From Calditrichia bacterium (GTDB taxonomy: Bacteria > Calditrichota > Calditrichia > JAJRVZ01): DNA of 64,000 nucleotides. Positions 21,314 through 31,573 of the stretch are shown here, piece after piece. The position numbers were made by a program, and so were the translations under genes. Below the pieces are notes generated by a model, which saw only the letters and a program-made list of their open reading frames with translations, did not search any database and was not told where the DNA came from. Every line of letters starts with the position of its first letter. The first letter of the stretch is position 1. Location of the stretch: NCBI GenBank assembly GCA_963796965.1, contig CAWCNS010000008.1:224001-288000 (forward strand), written 5' to 3'.

Positions 21314-21550
21314 TTAATCGCGCCGCTACCTTAAAAATAGGCAGACATCATTCAGGAGAAATCTTCCTGCATGTCAAGTCATGTTACCACGTTGGAAGAT
21401 CCTTTCAGGATGACAAATAAATAAAATTACTAATTACAAGTTACAAATTACAAATGGAACTGGTTGCGGATAAAACTTCCTTTTGCAATTCTTATAGGAT
21501 TTCAATTTAGCAGTCGGTATCATTGCCGTTACATTATAAATAGGCAGACA

Positions 21551-22072
21551 TCATTCCACCTCTAACAATTCCATACAAGCCTTGCAATATCTCTCCCCTT
21601 TCACATCCAAATCATCTGCCGTATTGGAGCTGGCCATCACACATTGATAATTGGGACAATGGCGTAGATTTAAGAGATGTCCCAGTTCATGGATAATCTC
21701 TTTAACCAGACGCTGTTTAAGCAATTCATCATCAGGGGGAAGGCCATAATAATCACTCCTCAGGCGATGGGCTGAAACAATTCCGGTACGTCCATTAAGT
21801 TTGGCTAATCCAAAGATAAATGTAAATATGGGAATATAAAGATCTACTCCCGTAAGAAGTATTGTCCTACCATTATTATTGTGGGTTTCAAATTTGTTAA
21901 TGATACCTGCAGCATCATATTGGCTTCTATCGGAGCTAAAAAAAGGTTGTATATCTGGATCAACCTTACTCATATGAACCTCTAAATCGAGGTAATCTCT
22001 GAGTGCTTGAGTAATATGAGGAATCAGAACGCATTCTTCCAAATGAAAGCAGACCAGATTGAGTTCAGACAT
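21551..22072 (-). CDS. Archaemetzincin-family (M54) zinc metalloprotease
   Basis: HELGHLLNLRHC..CVM..S..D.K..YC..C motif; overlaps the stop of the upstream regulator. Confidence 0.88.
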   Translation of the reverse strand: MSELNLVCFHLEECVLIPHITQALRDYLDLEVHMSKVDPDIQPFFSSDRSQYDAAGIINKFETHNNNGRTILLTGVDLYIPIFTFIFGLAKLNGRTGIVSAHRLRSDYYGLPPDDELLKQRLVKEIIHELGHLLNLRHCPNYQCVMASSNTADDLDVKGERYCKACMELLEVE

Positions 22073-23423
22073 TTGTCGGACGTTTTATACCATATTTCTG
22101 CATTTTTTTATAGACGGTAACTCTGTCAATTCCCAGTACTTTTGATGACTTTGAAATATTCCAGTAGTTTTTTTCTAATACCCGTAATATATGTTGTTTT
22201 TCGACATTATCTATGGACAGGTTGCTGTGATAATCTACTTTCACCTCTCCATAATTTAGATTGAAATCATCGGCTAACAGCGATTTACTTTGTGTTACCA
22301 CCATAGCCCTCTCGATGGCGTTCTCCAATTCCCTTACATTACCCGGCCAGGAATAATTCATAAGCATTTCTAATGCAAGCGGTTCGACTCCGTCTACGGT
22401 TTTATTCATGCGGTTTCGGTATTTTTCAACAAAGTATTGAACAAGCTCCGGAATATCTTCCGAACGTTCACGGAGAGGGGCAATAGGTATGGTATAAACC
22501 TGCAACCTGTAATAAAGATCTTCCCGGAACCCACCCTGTTTAACCGATTCTTCAAGGTCTGTGTTCGTGGCACAGATGATTCTAAAATCGCTTTTAATCA
22601 CCTGATTCCCACCCAGACGTGTAAATTCTCTTGATTCTATTGATCTTAAAAGATCAATCTGTGTTTTTGGACTGATTGTTCCGATTTCATCCAGAAAAAG
22701 TGTGCCTCCATCGGCTATCTCAAGTTTTCCTTTTCTTCTGTATAGGGCACCGGTGAATGCCCCCTTCTCATGACCAAACAACTCGCTTTCTAACAGGGTT
22801 TCGGATAATGCCCCACAGTTAACCGACACCAGAGGGAAAAAGCGGCGATCGCTCGATATGTGAATAGCCTGAGCAACAAGCTCCTTACCCGTACCACTCT
22901 CCCCTCTGATCATAACAGTTGTTGACGTTTTCGCAACCGTTGCAATCAGACTTTTTATTTCTTCTATCTGTTTGCTGGTACCAATAATATCCGGTGCTTC
23001 TGTTAACGCTTCAAGTTGCCCCTTTAAACCAAGGTTTTCTTTGGTCAGGCGTCTCTGTTTAGCCGCGTTTCGTAATAAACGGCTCAAATTATCCGGATCA
23101 AATGGTTTGGTAATATAATCAAATGCACCATCTTTCAATGCTTGTATAGCCGTATCAACGGCTGCAAAAGCCGTTATCATAATCACCACCGCATCCTTGT
23201 CAATTTCACGAATGCGCCGGTGCAATTCCATGCCATCCATACCAGGCATTTTTATATCAAGAAGATAAATATCCCAGCGTGTTTCGTTTAACTTATTTAA
23301 CGCCGTTACAGCATCCTCTGCTGTATTAACAAAGTAGCCATCTTCCTTAAACCATTCAGAGAGAGATTCGCGCACGATCTCTTCATCATCAACAATTAAT
23401 ATCTTTAATGCGTCATCATTCAT
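22065..23423 (-). CDS. sigma-54-dependent response regulator (NtrC/AtoC family)
   Basis: Receiver, GESGTGKE, GAFTGA, WPGNVRELEN, HTH. Confidence 0.95.
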   Translation of the reverse strand: MNDDALKILIVDDEEIVRESLSEWFKEDGYFVNTAEDAVTALNKLNETRWDIYLLDIKMPGMDGMELHRRIREIDKDAVVIMITAFAAVDTAIQALKDGAFDYITKPFDPDNLSRLLRNAAKQRRLTKENLGLKGQLEALTEAPDIIGTSKQIEEIKSLIATVAKTSTTVMIRGESGTGKELVAQAIHISSDRRFFPLVSVNCGALSETLLESELFGHEKGAFTGALYRRKGKLEIADGGTLFLDEIGTISPKTQIDLLRSIESREFTRLGGNQVIKSDFRIICATNTDLEESVKQGGFREDLYYRLQVYTIPIAPLRERSEDIPELVQYFVEKYRNRMNKTVDGVEPLALEMLMNYSWPGNVRELENAIERAMVVTQSKSLLADDFNLNYGEVKVDYHSNLSIDNVEKQHILRVLEKNYWNISKSSKVLGIDRVTVYKKMQKYGIKRPTNV

Positions 23424-25026
23424 TCTTTGGATTTCCTGTTTTATTTAGGAAAATTTTTATTTCAAAAGTTGTTCCAACATCAACCTGCGATTCAACTGTA
23501 ATTTCTCCCCCATGTCTCTCAATAATCGCATATACGGATGCCAGACCCAGTCCAACCCCTTTGACTGCGTTCTTTGTTGTAAAAAAAGGTTCAAATATTT
23601 GTGATTTCACCGAGTTTGGAATCCCTCTTCCGGTATCTGCCACAAACACAGAGACAAATTTACCCGATCTGTTCCATAGGGTTCTAACCGTCATGGTTCC
23701 CTCATTCTCCATAGCTTCAACAGCATTGACATATAAAGCGAGCAGGGCCTGTTTAATTTGGTTTTCATCCACATACACTTCCGGCAGATTCTTTTGAAAA
23801 TTTGTTTCAAGCTGAATATTATTCAGCTTGAGATGGTGGTCTATAAGATCCAACGAGGAATTAATAAGAATATCCAGTGGTTGCAGTTTAACATGGATGT
23901 CATCCTGACGGGAAAAGAGAAGCATATTCTTGACAATATCGCCACTGCGTGCACTCTCCTTCTCAATCATTTTTAAATGTTTTATTATGGATGCCTTTTC
24001 TTCTTCAGACAGCCTCTCTTTATTAATCTTTTTCTGTATCAACTTACTGTATGTAAGAATTCCGGCCATGGGATTGTTCAATTCGTGTGCAACCGTTGCC
24101 GATAGTTGTCCCAAAGATGCCATTTTTTCAATTTGCAGGTTTCTTGTCTGGGTTTGTTCCAGCTCTTCTGTTTTATCCTTAACTCTTTTTTCAAGCTGGT
24201 TGGACCAGGTAGTGATTTCTTCCTTTGCTGCTCGAAGATCATTTGTCATTTCATTGAATGACCGGGCAAGAATCCCCATTTCATCCTTGCTGACATCCTC
24301 AATATTGTATGAAAGATTACCCGATGAAACTTCTCTTGTCCCCTGAATTAATCTGTTTACAGGTAAATGTACACCTATCCATAAAAATAAACCGGCAATG
24401 AGGCCGAGTATTATCGTTATGGCAATATTGGTTGAAATCATTCTGGAACGGTTTTCCTCGACAAGTATATCCATTTTTTCTAGGGACATGACAACACAGA
24501 GAACACCAAGATATTTCTCCTCAGCATTGTGAACATGACAAGCTGAAGTCGTACACCCCACTTCATTTTGCACCGGACTTAAATAGCCTAGTGATCGGAA
24601 GCCATTTTTAGATATAAAAATTTGATGCCAATTATTGCTCGGTTCCGGTTTTATTTCACCCGTCGGACGATGACAGGGGGCACAAGCTTTGTTTGTGAGT
24701 GGGACTGAGCCGCCAATTTCCTGCCCGATAGTCGAGAAAATGATCTCACCTTCTTTAGAATAGAGACAGATCTTTTCAATACCTTCTTGCATAGCAACAG
24801 AGTTCATGATATCATATGCGTTATCTTTTTGATTCAAAAGCATAGCATTTTTTGTGGAGCGAATTATGATCTCGCTGGTTCTTTGAGCACATTGTCGTGC
24901 CACTTCTTCATATTGAGCCGTTTCTAATTCTACAAAATAAAACGAATATCCTATGGTCAATATTGTCAGGAAGAAAACGATAAGGAGAAAAAGACGAAAA
25001 CTGAGAAGGTTATAAAAACGCATCAT
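23416..25026 (-). CDS. HAMP sensor histidine kinase with periplasmic heme-c motifs
   Basis: Periplasmic CAPCH and CTTSACH; HAMP; AHELNNP; DTGRG; GVGLGL. Confidence 0.9.
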   Translation of the reverse strand: MMRFYNLLSFRLFLLIVFFLTILTIGYSFYFVELETAQYEEVARQCAQRTSEIIIRSTKNAMLLNQKDNAYDIMNSVAMQEGIEKICLYSKEGEIIFSTIGQEIGGSVPLTNKACAPCHRPTGEIKPEPSNNWHQIFISKNGFRSLGYLSPVQNEVGCTTSACHVHNAEEKYLGVLCVVMSLEKMDILVEENRSRMISTNIAITIILGLIAGLFLWIGVHLPVNRLIQGTREVSSGNLSYNIEDVSKDEMGILARSFNEMTNDLRAAKEEITTWSNQLEKRVKDKTEELEQTQTRNLQIEKMASLGQLSATVAHELNNPMAGILTYSKLIQKKINKERLSEEEKASIIKHLKMIEKESARSGDIVKNMLLFSRQDDIHVKLQPLDILINSSLDLIDHHLKLNNIQLETNFQKNLPEVYVDENQIKQALLALYVNAVEAMENEGTMTVRTLWNRSGKFVSVFVADTGRGIPNSVKSQIFEPFFTTKNAVKGVGLGLASVYAIIERHGGEITVESQVDVGTTFEIKIFLNKTGNPKNE

Positions 25027-25092
25027 TGATCCGGGTTTGTGGTTTGAGAATAAGATAACAAAATAATTTTGGAATAAAAAGATGTAAAATAA

Positions 25093-25119
25093 GTAGAGAC
25101 GCGATTAACGCGTCTCTAT
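25093..25119. repeat. GTAG-type REP-like palindrome
   Basis: GTAGAGACGCG-ATTAA-CGCGTCTCTAT. Confidence 0.6.
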
Positions 25120-25139
25120 GTGTTGCAGATTCTAATTTT

Positions 25140-25844
25140 TCAGGCATCATTGGTCATAAAGAATTCACTTGCAATTTCTTCCCAATTATCCGGTGCAAGC
25201 TCCTTTACGAAGCCATTGGTTATAGTACCACCATCTTGTAAAACCACTCCATAATTGCCACTTACAGCCCGGCTTAGTTTATCCACTGTATCCTCGATCC
25301 ACAATTTGGCAATATTTCCATGTAGCAGGTTTTTGAGATTTCTATTCAAATGATTTGATTTGACCTTAAGTAACCATCCATTTTCGTACGGTGCCCGGTT
25401 AATTATATCCGGAGACGCGATTGCCGCATCATTTATTTCAACAACTTCACCATCAACCGGAGACAGAAATGAGACCTCTTTACCATCAATATTTAATTTC
25501 ACACTTTTTTCACCCTGTTGTAACTGTGTCCCGACTGCAGGTAAATCTACTTTGGCAGGTCTACCAACTAATTTCTGGGCAAAATCATCTATTCCAACAC
25601 GTACCATACCCTTCCCTTCAGGTTTAAGCCAGGTATGTCCCTGATGATAGTAATAATCATTGGCAAGCCTAAACCAATCCACAAGAGAGATTCGTTCTTG
25701 CGACATGCCCTTGGATGATGATACAGCGACTGTGGGTTTATTCAACCAGCGCCAGAAAAATATTAAAAGGACTAAAAATGCAATTGCTACCAGGTATTCA
25801 ATTCCCTTGGTCGCAAATATATCTACATACTTGAAACCTTCCAT
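25140..25844 (-). CDS. Membrane-anchored GcvH-fold protein without canonical lipoyl lysine
   Basis: N-terminal TM; GHTW..VRVGIDDFAQKLVG..LP.VG..SPVDGEVVEIN..PYENGWL; Gly at the lipoyl-Lys position. Confidence 0.8.
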   Translation of the reverse strand: MEGFKYVDIFATKGIEYLVAIAFLVLLIFFWRWLNKPTVAVSSSKGMSQERISLVDWFRLANDYYYHQGHTWLKPEGKGMVRVGIDDFAQKLVGRPAKVDLPAVGTQLQQGEKSVKLNIDGKEVSFLSPVDGEVVEINDAAIASPDIINRAPYENGWLLKVKSNHLNRNLKNLLHGNIAKLWIEDTVDKLSRAVSGNYGVVLQDGGTITNGFVKELAPDNWEEIASEFFMTNDA

Positions 25845-25847
25845 TCT

Positions 25848-27158
25848 TCAATCTCCTCTTATTTTTATTATTTTTATCGTTTTCTTTTAGCAGAAATATC
25901 TTGCGAATTGAGATTATCCTTCTTTTCCTCTCGGCCCAAAGCGGTGGGTCACTAAGAATCGGCATTCGACTAACAATCCATCGTAATACTAGTCAACTCG
26001 ACGCAAATAACTGTAAGGGTTACCCAAATTTCCATCCAGGTGGGTATATATCTCTCTGCCACTTGCCAGTTATAATGCAATTACGGAAGTATTTAAACGG
26101 TTTAACAAGAATCCCCACAAGCGTCAGAAAGGGCGCCAGTTTTACCACTGCCACATTTTTATATTTTACAGCATGGGTATACAGGCGAAAAGGAATAAGA
26201 ACAAACCCTATTATTTCAACCAGAAACCAATATCCCCATGCTGTATTCAGATATGCCCAGTTATGCTCATGGATAAATACCAGAACTTTTAAAAAGAAGT
26301 AAACAAACATCGCACCTGCACAGATTTTAGCCAGGCCCAGGACGATATCATCATGGGATTTTTCAACTTCATCACTCAGACGATTTTTAAATACTTTGTG
26401 ACTGATACTCCCTTCAAAGATGACCAAAGACAATCCGGCAAAAATGCTTGAGACAAAAAACAAGAATCGGTATAAATTCAGAATACCAGAGAGGATGAAT
26501 TTTACTCTTGGCCATTAAGAATAACGCTCCTAAACCCGACTGGTGCAGGGTGGAAAGTGTGATACCAAATATCACCGCCGGCAAGGTTAAGGACACCAGA
26601 ATTTTACGTACTCTTTTCCAGCCAAGCCACTCCGCCACAGCCGGGGAGAACTCAATAAACTCTGCCATCATATACAACATAAAATGCCAGGCGACTAAAA
26701 ACATCACCGAACTGACGCCAAATGAATTCCCGATAATCGGATTAATCACATTCCATGGGTCGACCCAGATCCAGCAATAAGGCTCCGGCATAAAAGACAT
26801 AAGCGAGAAACCCATTAAGTACAGTAATTCTGACGATAGCATGGTATTTTTTTAGACTTAAGAATATATACCATAAATGTGAGTACATAGGCACCACCAG
26901 CAAAAGCCACACCGGTAACAACATCAAAGCCTATCCAGATTCCCCAGGGAAACTCCTGATTTAAATTAGTAATCGAGCTCAAGCCAAATGCAAAACGAAT
27001 TACAATCAAGCACAACACCCACGGCAATAATGATTGACGCAATGACATTAAATGGTGTTATTAGTTTTCCCTTTAGGTTTTAATTCGTTAAGGAAAAATT
27101 TAAAGAATCGTTTAAATTCACTCTGTAATAATGCTGCTGATCCTGTTCCATTTGCCAT
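25848..27158 (-). CDS. NrfD/HybB-like polytopic membrane subunit (several frameshifts; 3' end approximate)
   Basis: Fragments PWGIWIGFDVVTGVAFAGGAY, LLLDLGRPW, LSTLHQSGLGALF, IHPLWYS; ATG 27158 after GGAGG. Confidence 0.8.
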
Positions 27159-27159
27159 A

Positions 27160-28018
27160 TCACACCTCCCTCTCTTCATTTTCATCGTCACTCTTAGTCG
27201 CTTTATTCACTGCCAGTAGAAAAGCGGGCCAGAATGTCAGGACAACAGGAACACTATAGAGAAAAGTTTTGGTGTATTCGGGATAAGGGGTTGATCCAAG
27301 ATCAGTTCTGAATACCTAATTTTTCAAACGGCATAGCAGATAGATACATATATCCTGATCCACCGACCTCATGCTCACCATATATTTCATGTACATAATC
27401 ATCCGGATTTTCGTAGATCCGGGTACTTGCTTCATCAATTAACTCTCTGCGTTTACCAAAGACAATCGCTTCTTCCGGACATTTTCAACACAGGCGGGAT
27501 CTTCACCCTCCTGCAGCCTGGTCAAAACACATCTGGCATTTTTGAATCTTAGGATTTGGACTGTCATATTCAAATTTTGGAATTTCAAAGGGGCAGGAGA
27601 TCATACAGAAGCGGCATCCCATACACTTATCTGCGCGCCATATTACCGGGCCTTCTTCCGTCTTTAACAAAGCTTTTGTGGGACAAGCTGTCGCACAGGC
27701 AGGTTGATTGCAATGCATACATTGTTTTTTAACAAATATTTCTTCATCTTCAACTTCAAAACTGTTGACCAAGGTCCATTGTTTATCTGAGGTCTTTCTA
27801 ATGACATCTTCATCAATAGCATCCAGATCGGGCTCCGGAAGATTATTCGCTTCGGCACAAGCCTCAGTACAGGATTGACAACCGACACAGCGTGTGGTAT
27901 CAACAAGAATACCCATAAATTCTTTCTCATCACCCATAGTCTCTGCTTGCAATGACTTTCCCGGAAGCGTTGAGGCGCCCATCACGCCCAATGTTTTCAT
28001 AAAACTTCTTCTATCCAT
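27160..28018 (-). CDS. HybA/NrfC-like Tat-exported 4x[4Fe-4S] subunit with C-terminal membrane anchor (frameshifted)
   Basis: MDRRSFMK Tat motif; CVGCQSCTEAC, CMHCNQPAC..CP, CMGCRFCMISCP, CQMC; continues in other frames IYGEHEVGGSG and a TM tail. Confidence 0.85.
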
Positions 28019-28054
28019 ACGAGAATCCTTTCGTTTATCTTTCTCAATCCTTTT

Positions 28055-28135
28055 TCATTTTCTGTTATGATTCAATTTCAATGCGTCAATGCAAATAAGG
28101 ACACATAACATTCCTAGTAAAATGATCATCACCAT
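28055..28135 (-). CDS. Small 26-aa membrane peptide
   Basis: GAGGTG RBS then MVMIILLGMLCVLICIDALKLNHNRK*, filling the gap between two operon genes. Confidence 0.5.
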   Translation of the reverse strand: MVMIILLGMLCVLICIDALKLNHNRK

Positions 28136-28159
28136 ATTGCACCTCTTCCATTTTGGGTC

Positions 28160-28831
28160 TTATTGATAGGGGAAAAACTTGTTGCACAATTCGCCCCATT
28201 CATCTTCTCCCATTTGATCGATATAACTTGGATCAATAGCGCCACCATCATTAAGGTAATGTTCCTGCTGGGCGGAAAGATATAAATCATCCCTTAGAGC
28301 CGTATTCATCATATTAGCCTGGGTAGGTTTCATCAGATTATGTGAATCCTTTTCAAGATTATCCGTTTTCATTTTAATTACCCAGGATTTCTCGACATCG
28401 TTGGTAGTGAGTGGAATATTTAATTTACAAGCCGGATTTATGTCCACCACCTTTCCTGATACGGGAGACAATTGATGTACTTTACGATTTGTCAAACCTA
28501 CATCCCATACTTTTGTACCCTGAGGTACATGGGTACCAACAAGGGGAAGATCCTCCATTTTAATCTCCGATGAAAAAAGTGTAGAGACAAAATCATCAAA
28601 TCCAATATAAACTGTATCACCTTCTGCCGGCTGCACCCAGGTGTGGCTGAGGTGATATAATTTCTTACTCCCATTTGTTAATGGCAGCAAGGCTTTTTCC
28701 GGGCTTAGAAATATGGGAGATTTCTTTTCCTGACCGATTGCTTTTATTTTTCTGTCTTCTCTGCGAAGCACATAATCAATGGTCAGGAGAATACCCACTG
28801 TTAAAAGAACCAATACAAAGACCATCATCAT
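28160..28831 (-). CDS. Membrane-anchored GcvH-fold protein without canonical lipoyl lysine
   Basis: N-terminal TM; SHTWVQP..VYIGFDDF..LPLVG..LSPVSGKVVDIN; Asn at the lipoyl position; LNDGG tail. Confidence 0.75.
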   Translation of the reverse strand: MMMVFVLVLLTVGILLTIDYVLRREDRKIKAIGQEKKSPIFLSPEKALLPLTNGSKKLYHLSHTWVQPAEGDTVYIGFDDFVSTLFSSEIKMEDLPLVGTHVPQGTKVWDVGLTNRKVHQLSPVSGKVVDINPACKLNIPLTTNDVEKSWVIKMKTDNLEKDSHNLMKPTQANMMNTALRDDLYLSAQQEHYLNDGGAIDPSYIDQMGEDEWGELCNKFFPYQ

Positions 28832-28875
28832 TCTCCTTTCGTAATAAAAACTTTATTATACCTACAAACATCTAC

Positions 28876-28891
28876 TCCAACTTTTATGCCA
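28876..28891 (-). promoter_or_regulatory. sigma-54-like promoter
   Basis: TGGCAT-AAAAG-TTGGA about 45 nt upstream of the start; imperfect palindrome GTTGTATTATGCAAC about 90 nt further upstream. Confidence 0.5.
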
Positions 28892-29362
28892 AAAAATACA
28901 ACAAGAAATAATATAGCGTCAAACTACTGTTATTATTTAGCTTAGGCACGTTCAATAAACAATTAAAACAACTGCCTATAGTGTTGTATTATGCAACGCA
29001 TTTTTCACCTACCTGTATAAGTTATTGTTTATTCACATCTTATATGTGTTGCCAATAATCACACACTATATATATATGCAACACTCTGTTTGTGATCCAT
29101 TGGGGTCAATCGTCAGGTCTCTCATGGAACAGAATGATGTTTTGGCAATTTCTCAGCATGAATTCACGAATTGAAGTGGTTATGATCAGAGATATGTATC
29201 GCGGTTAATCAAACGTGGAGATTGTATGTACTCTAAATTTCTAAGGATATAGTAGTGTAAGTCATCTTTTTAGGGTATGTAGGTTACAACGGGAAGGGTG
29301 GTAAAACAGATTTCTACAGGCCTCATCTAATTTCACTGTTTCACCACCCAGAGTGGATAAGG

Positions 29363-30532
29363 TTATTTGGTAAAGAATTTTTTTACTGTTGCATTCCACT
29401 CTTTATCAGTCAGTTTTTCAATTTTTCCAAAACAGAAACCATTTTGGCCGGCCAATTTTTTATCACGCTTTCTGTCTTCGGCAATTGAATCAAAATGTGT
29501 CTGAGAGAGACCAATTTCATCCTTAAAGAATAATACAGCTGATTTACCGATCTTTAATTCTTGAAGTTCCGAATTGATATCTTCTGATGTATCGATCATA
29601 CAGATCCAGTTTGTTTCATAGCAACTGATATCAAGACTTGACAAATCTTCATTCAATTTATTGTTTACTTTGATTATTTTTCCACTTATTGGCGCGTTAA
29701 ATGGGATCACTCTTTTCCCCTGCCTTAAACTTAACAGAGATTCACCTGATTTGATTTCACGCCCAATATTTGGTGGCTCAATTGAATCAATAGGGCCAAT
29801 CATTTTTTTGGCAAAATCATCAATTCCAATTTTGGCAGTTCCGTCCTCATTCAGGCTGACCCAACAATGGCCAGGACTTATAAAAACACCACCCGGAATA
29901 GAGAGTTCATCTATTTCGCGATGATCTACAAAATCAGATATTTGTGCCACATGGACTTTCGGTCCTAATTCACTCTTAATCCTATTTTTTCGTTTGATAA
30001 GACATTTTTTGGTGAAAATTAATAATTCATCCTCTGTGAACGGTTTTTGTACATAGTCCATCGCTCCATATCGCATTGTTGCTACTGCTGTTTCTACTGA
30101 GGCGTATCCGGTAATAATTATTACATCAATATCTGGACGAATTTCTTTGACCAACTGTGTTACTTCTACCCCATCCATTTCTGGCATTTTTATATCAACA
30201 TAAACAAAATCATAATGATTCAGGCGTATTAGATTCGCTACCTCCTTGCCCCTCTCAACCGTGTCTACAGAATATCCATCATATACAAGGATTTTGCGAA
30301 AGCTATCCAGTACAACCTGTTCATCATCAACACATAAAATGCGTGCTTTTGGATTATCAACTTCTACACGTTTTAGTGTTTTAGCCTGCTCGGAAAAATC
30401 AAGCATTAAACCTGCTTCTAACGCTGATTTGCGTTCTTCCCTATCTTTCCGCTCTTTTACCTTTTTTAGCATCATTCTTATCAATAAATCTGCAATAATA
30501 AATAATATAATTGCAATGATAACTATTTCCAT
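29363..30532 (-). CDS. TM + receiver + GcvH-fold fusion protein
   Basis: N-terminal TM; VDDE..VDIKMP..ITGY..QKPF receiver; GHCWV..KIGIDDFAKK..APISGKIIKVN..YETNWI. Confidence 0.85.
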   Translation of the reverse strand: MEIVIIAIILFIIADLLIRMMLKKVKERKDREERKSALEAGLMLDFSEQAKTLKRVEVDNPKARILCVDDEQVVLDSFRKILVYDGYSVDTVERGKEVANLIRLNHYDFVYVDIKMPEMDGVEVTQLVKEIRPDIDVIIITGYASVETAVATMRYGAMDYVQKPFTEDELLIFTKKCLIKRKNRIKSELGPKVHVAQISDFVDHREIDELSIPGGVFISPGHCWVSLNEDGTAKIGIDDFAKKMIGPIDSIEPPNIGREIKSGESLLSLRQGKRVIPFNAPISGKIIKVNNKLNEDLSSLDISCYETNWICMIDTSEDINSELQELKIGKSAVLFFKDEIGLSQTHFDSIAEDRKRDKKLAGQNGFCFGKIEKLTDKEWNATVKKFFTK

Positions 30533-30712
30533 GAATGTTCTCCTAATTAGTTTACTGGAATTTCAATAATTAACCACAGAGTACCTCGGAGGAATGCGCT
30601 TTGCACTTTACGCTATGCCCCGCTATGCTCATTAATCTGTGGTTAACAAATAAAACAATAACATATATACTTCAAATGGATACTCTTTTAGAGTTTCATG
30701 CCTAGGGGCAGA

Positions 30713-31573
30713 TCATCCAAAAGTTGTGTCCATACGACAGGAAACAAGGCTCTCGATCTCATACGCATATTCTGTAGGTATGATTTTATATATCCAACCA
30801 CGGAAATAAGGATCCTTTTCCAAAATAGTATGATCCCTGAGAATATCTGGGTTCGTCTGTACGATTTTCCCAGACATCGGGGCGGTCGCTGAATGGCGTA
30901 CATCCTGATCTGAAATAATATCCATGCAATATGAACCCTGAAATATCTCTTCACCAACCTCCCTGAAGTTTATCTCTTTTACAGAACCGACCGTTTTTAA
31001 ATACAGATCTGTACAACCAACCAGAACAGCACCTCCGAACTCTTTCGACATCCATGTCGAATACCCCAATTTGAAGTATTTTGGCGGACATGGCACATAA
31101 ACAACAGAATCATCCCTCTTTTTTTCTGCCAACTGCCGTAACCGCACATAATTCATACCTCTAATGATAACACTCGAAAGCTCATCAGCCGTAAAAGGTT
31201 TTGGTATAAAATCAATCGCACCCTTGCTCAAAGACCTAACAGCATTTTCTAATGTTGAATAGCCAGAAGTAATAATGACCGGAATTTCAAGATCTTTTTT
31301 ATTTATAATATCAAGAAATGTAAAGCCATCTATTGTAGGTAGCATAAGGTCACAGAGAATCAACTGATAGTCGTTTTTTTCAATTCTATCCAAGGCGATA
31401 TCTGCATCAATCACTGTATCCACCCGGTATGATTCAGCTGTACAGATTCGACTAACCGCATCAAGTACAACCTGTTCATCATCAATAACAATGATATCAA
31501 ATTGTTTTTTCATAGAAGCCAAAAGTCCTTCGAAACCGTTTTTTAGTTTTCTTAATTCGGGATTCTCTGTCAT
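30713..31573 (-). CDS. Receiver + GcvH-fold fusion protein
   Basis: IDDE..CDLMLP..TSGY..PKPF receiver; STWM..VLVGCTD..APMSGKIVQTN..DPYFRGWIYKI. Confidence 0.85.
   Translation of the reverse strand: MTENPELRKLKNGFEGLLASMKKQFDIIVIDDEQVVLDAVSRICTAESYRVDTVIDADIALDRIEKNDYQLILCDLMLPTIDGFTFLDIINKKDLEIPVIITSGYSTLENAVRSLSKGAIDFIPKPFTADELSSVIIRGMNYVRLRQLAEKKRDDSVVYVPCPPKYFKLGYSTWMSKEFGGAVLVGCTDLYLKTVGSVKEINFREVGEEIFQGSYCMDIISDQDVRHSATAPMSGKIVQTNPDILRDHTILEKDPYFRGWIYKIIPTEYAYEIESLVSCRMDTTFG

Noticed and set aside
27503..27505. TGA ending the HybA-like ORF as a Sec codon
   Set aside because: The expected RLQEGEDPAC continuation is in a different frame starting before the TGA
25140..31573. Glycine cleavage system or sHdr-LbpA sulfur oxidation pathway
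   Set aside because: No gcvT/gcvP/lpd, sHdr or lipoate ligase genes here, and the ESVK lipoylation motif is missing
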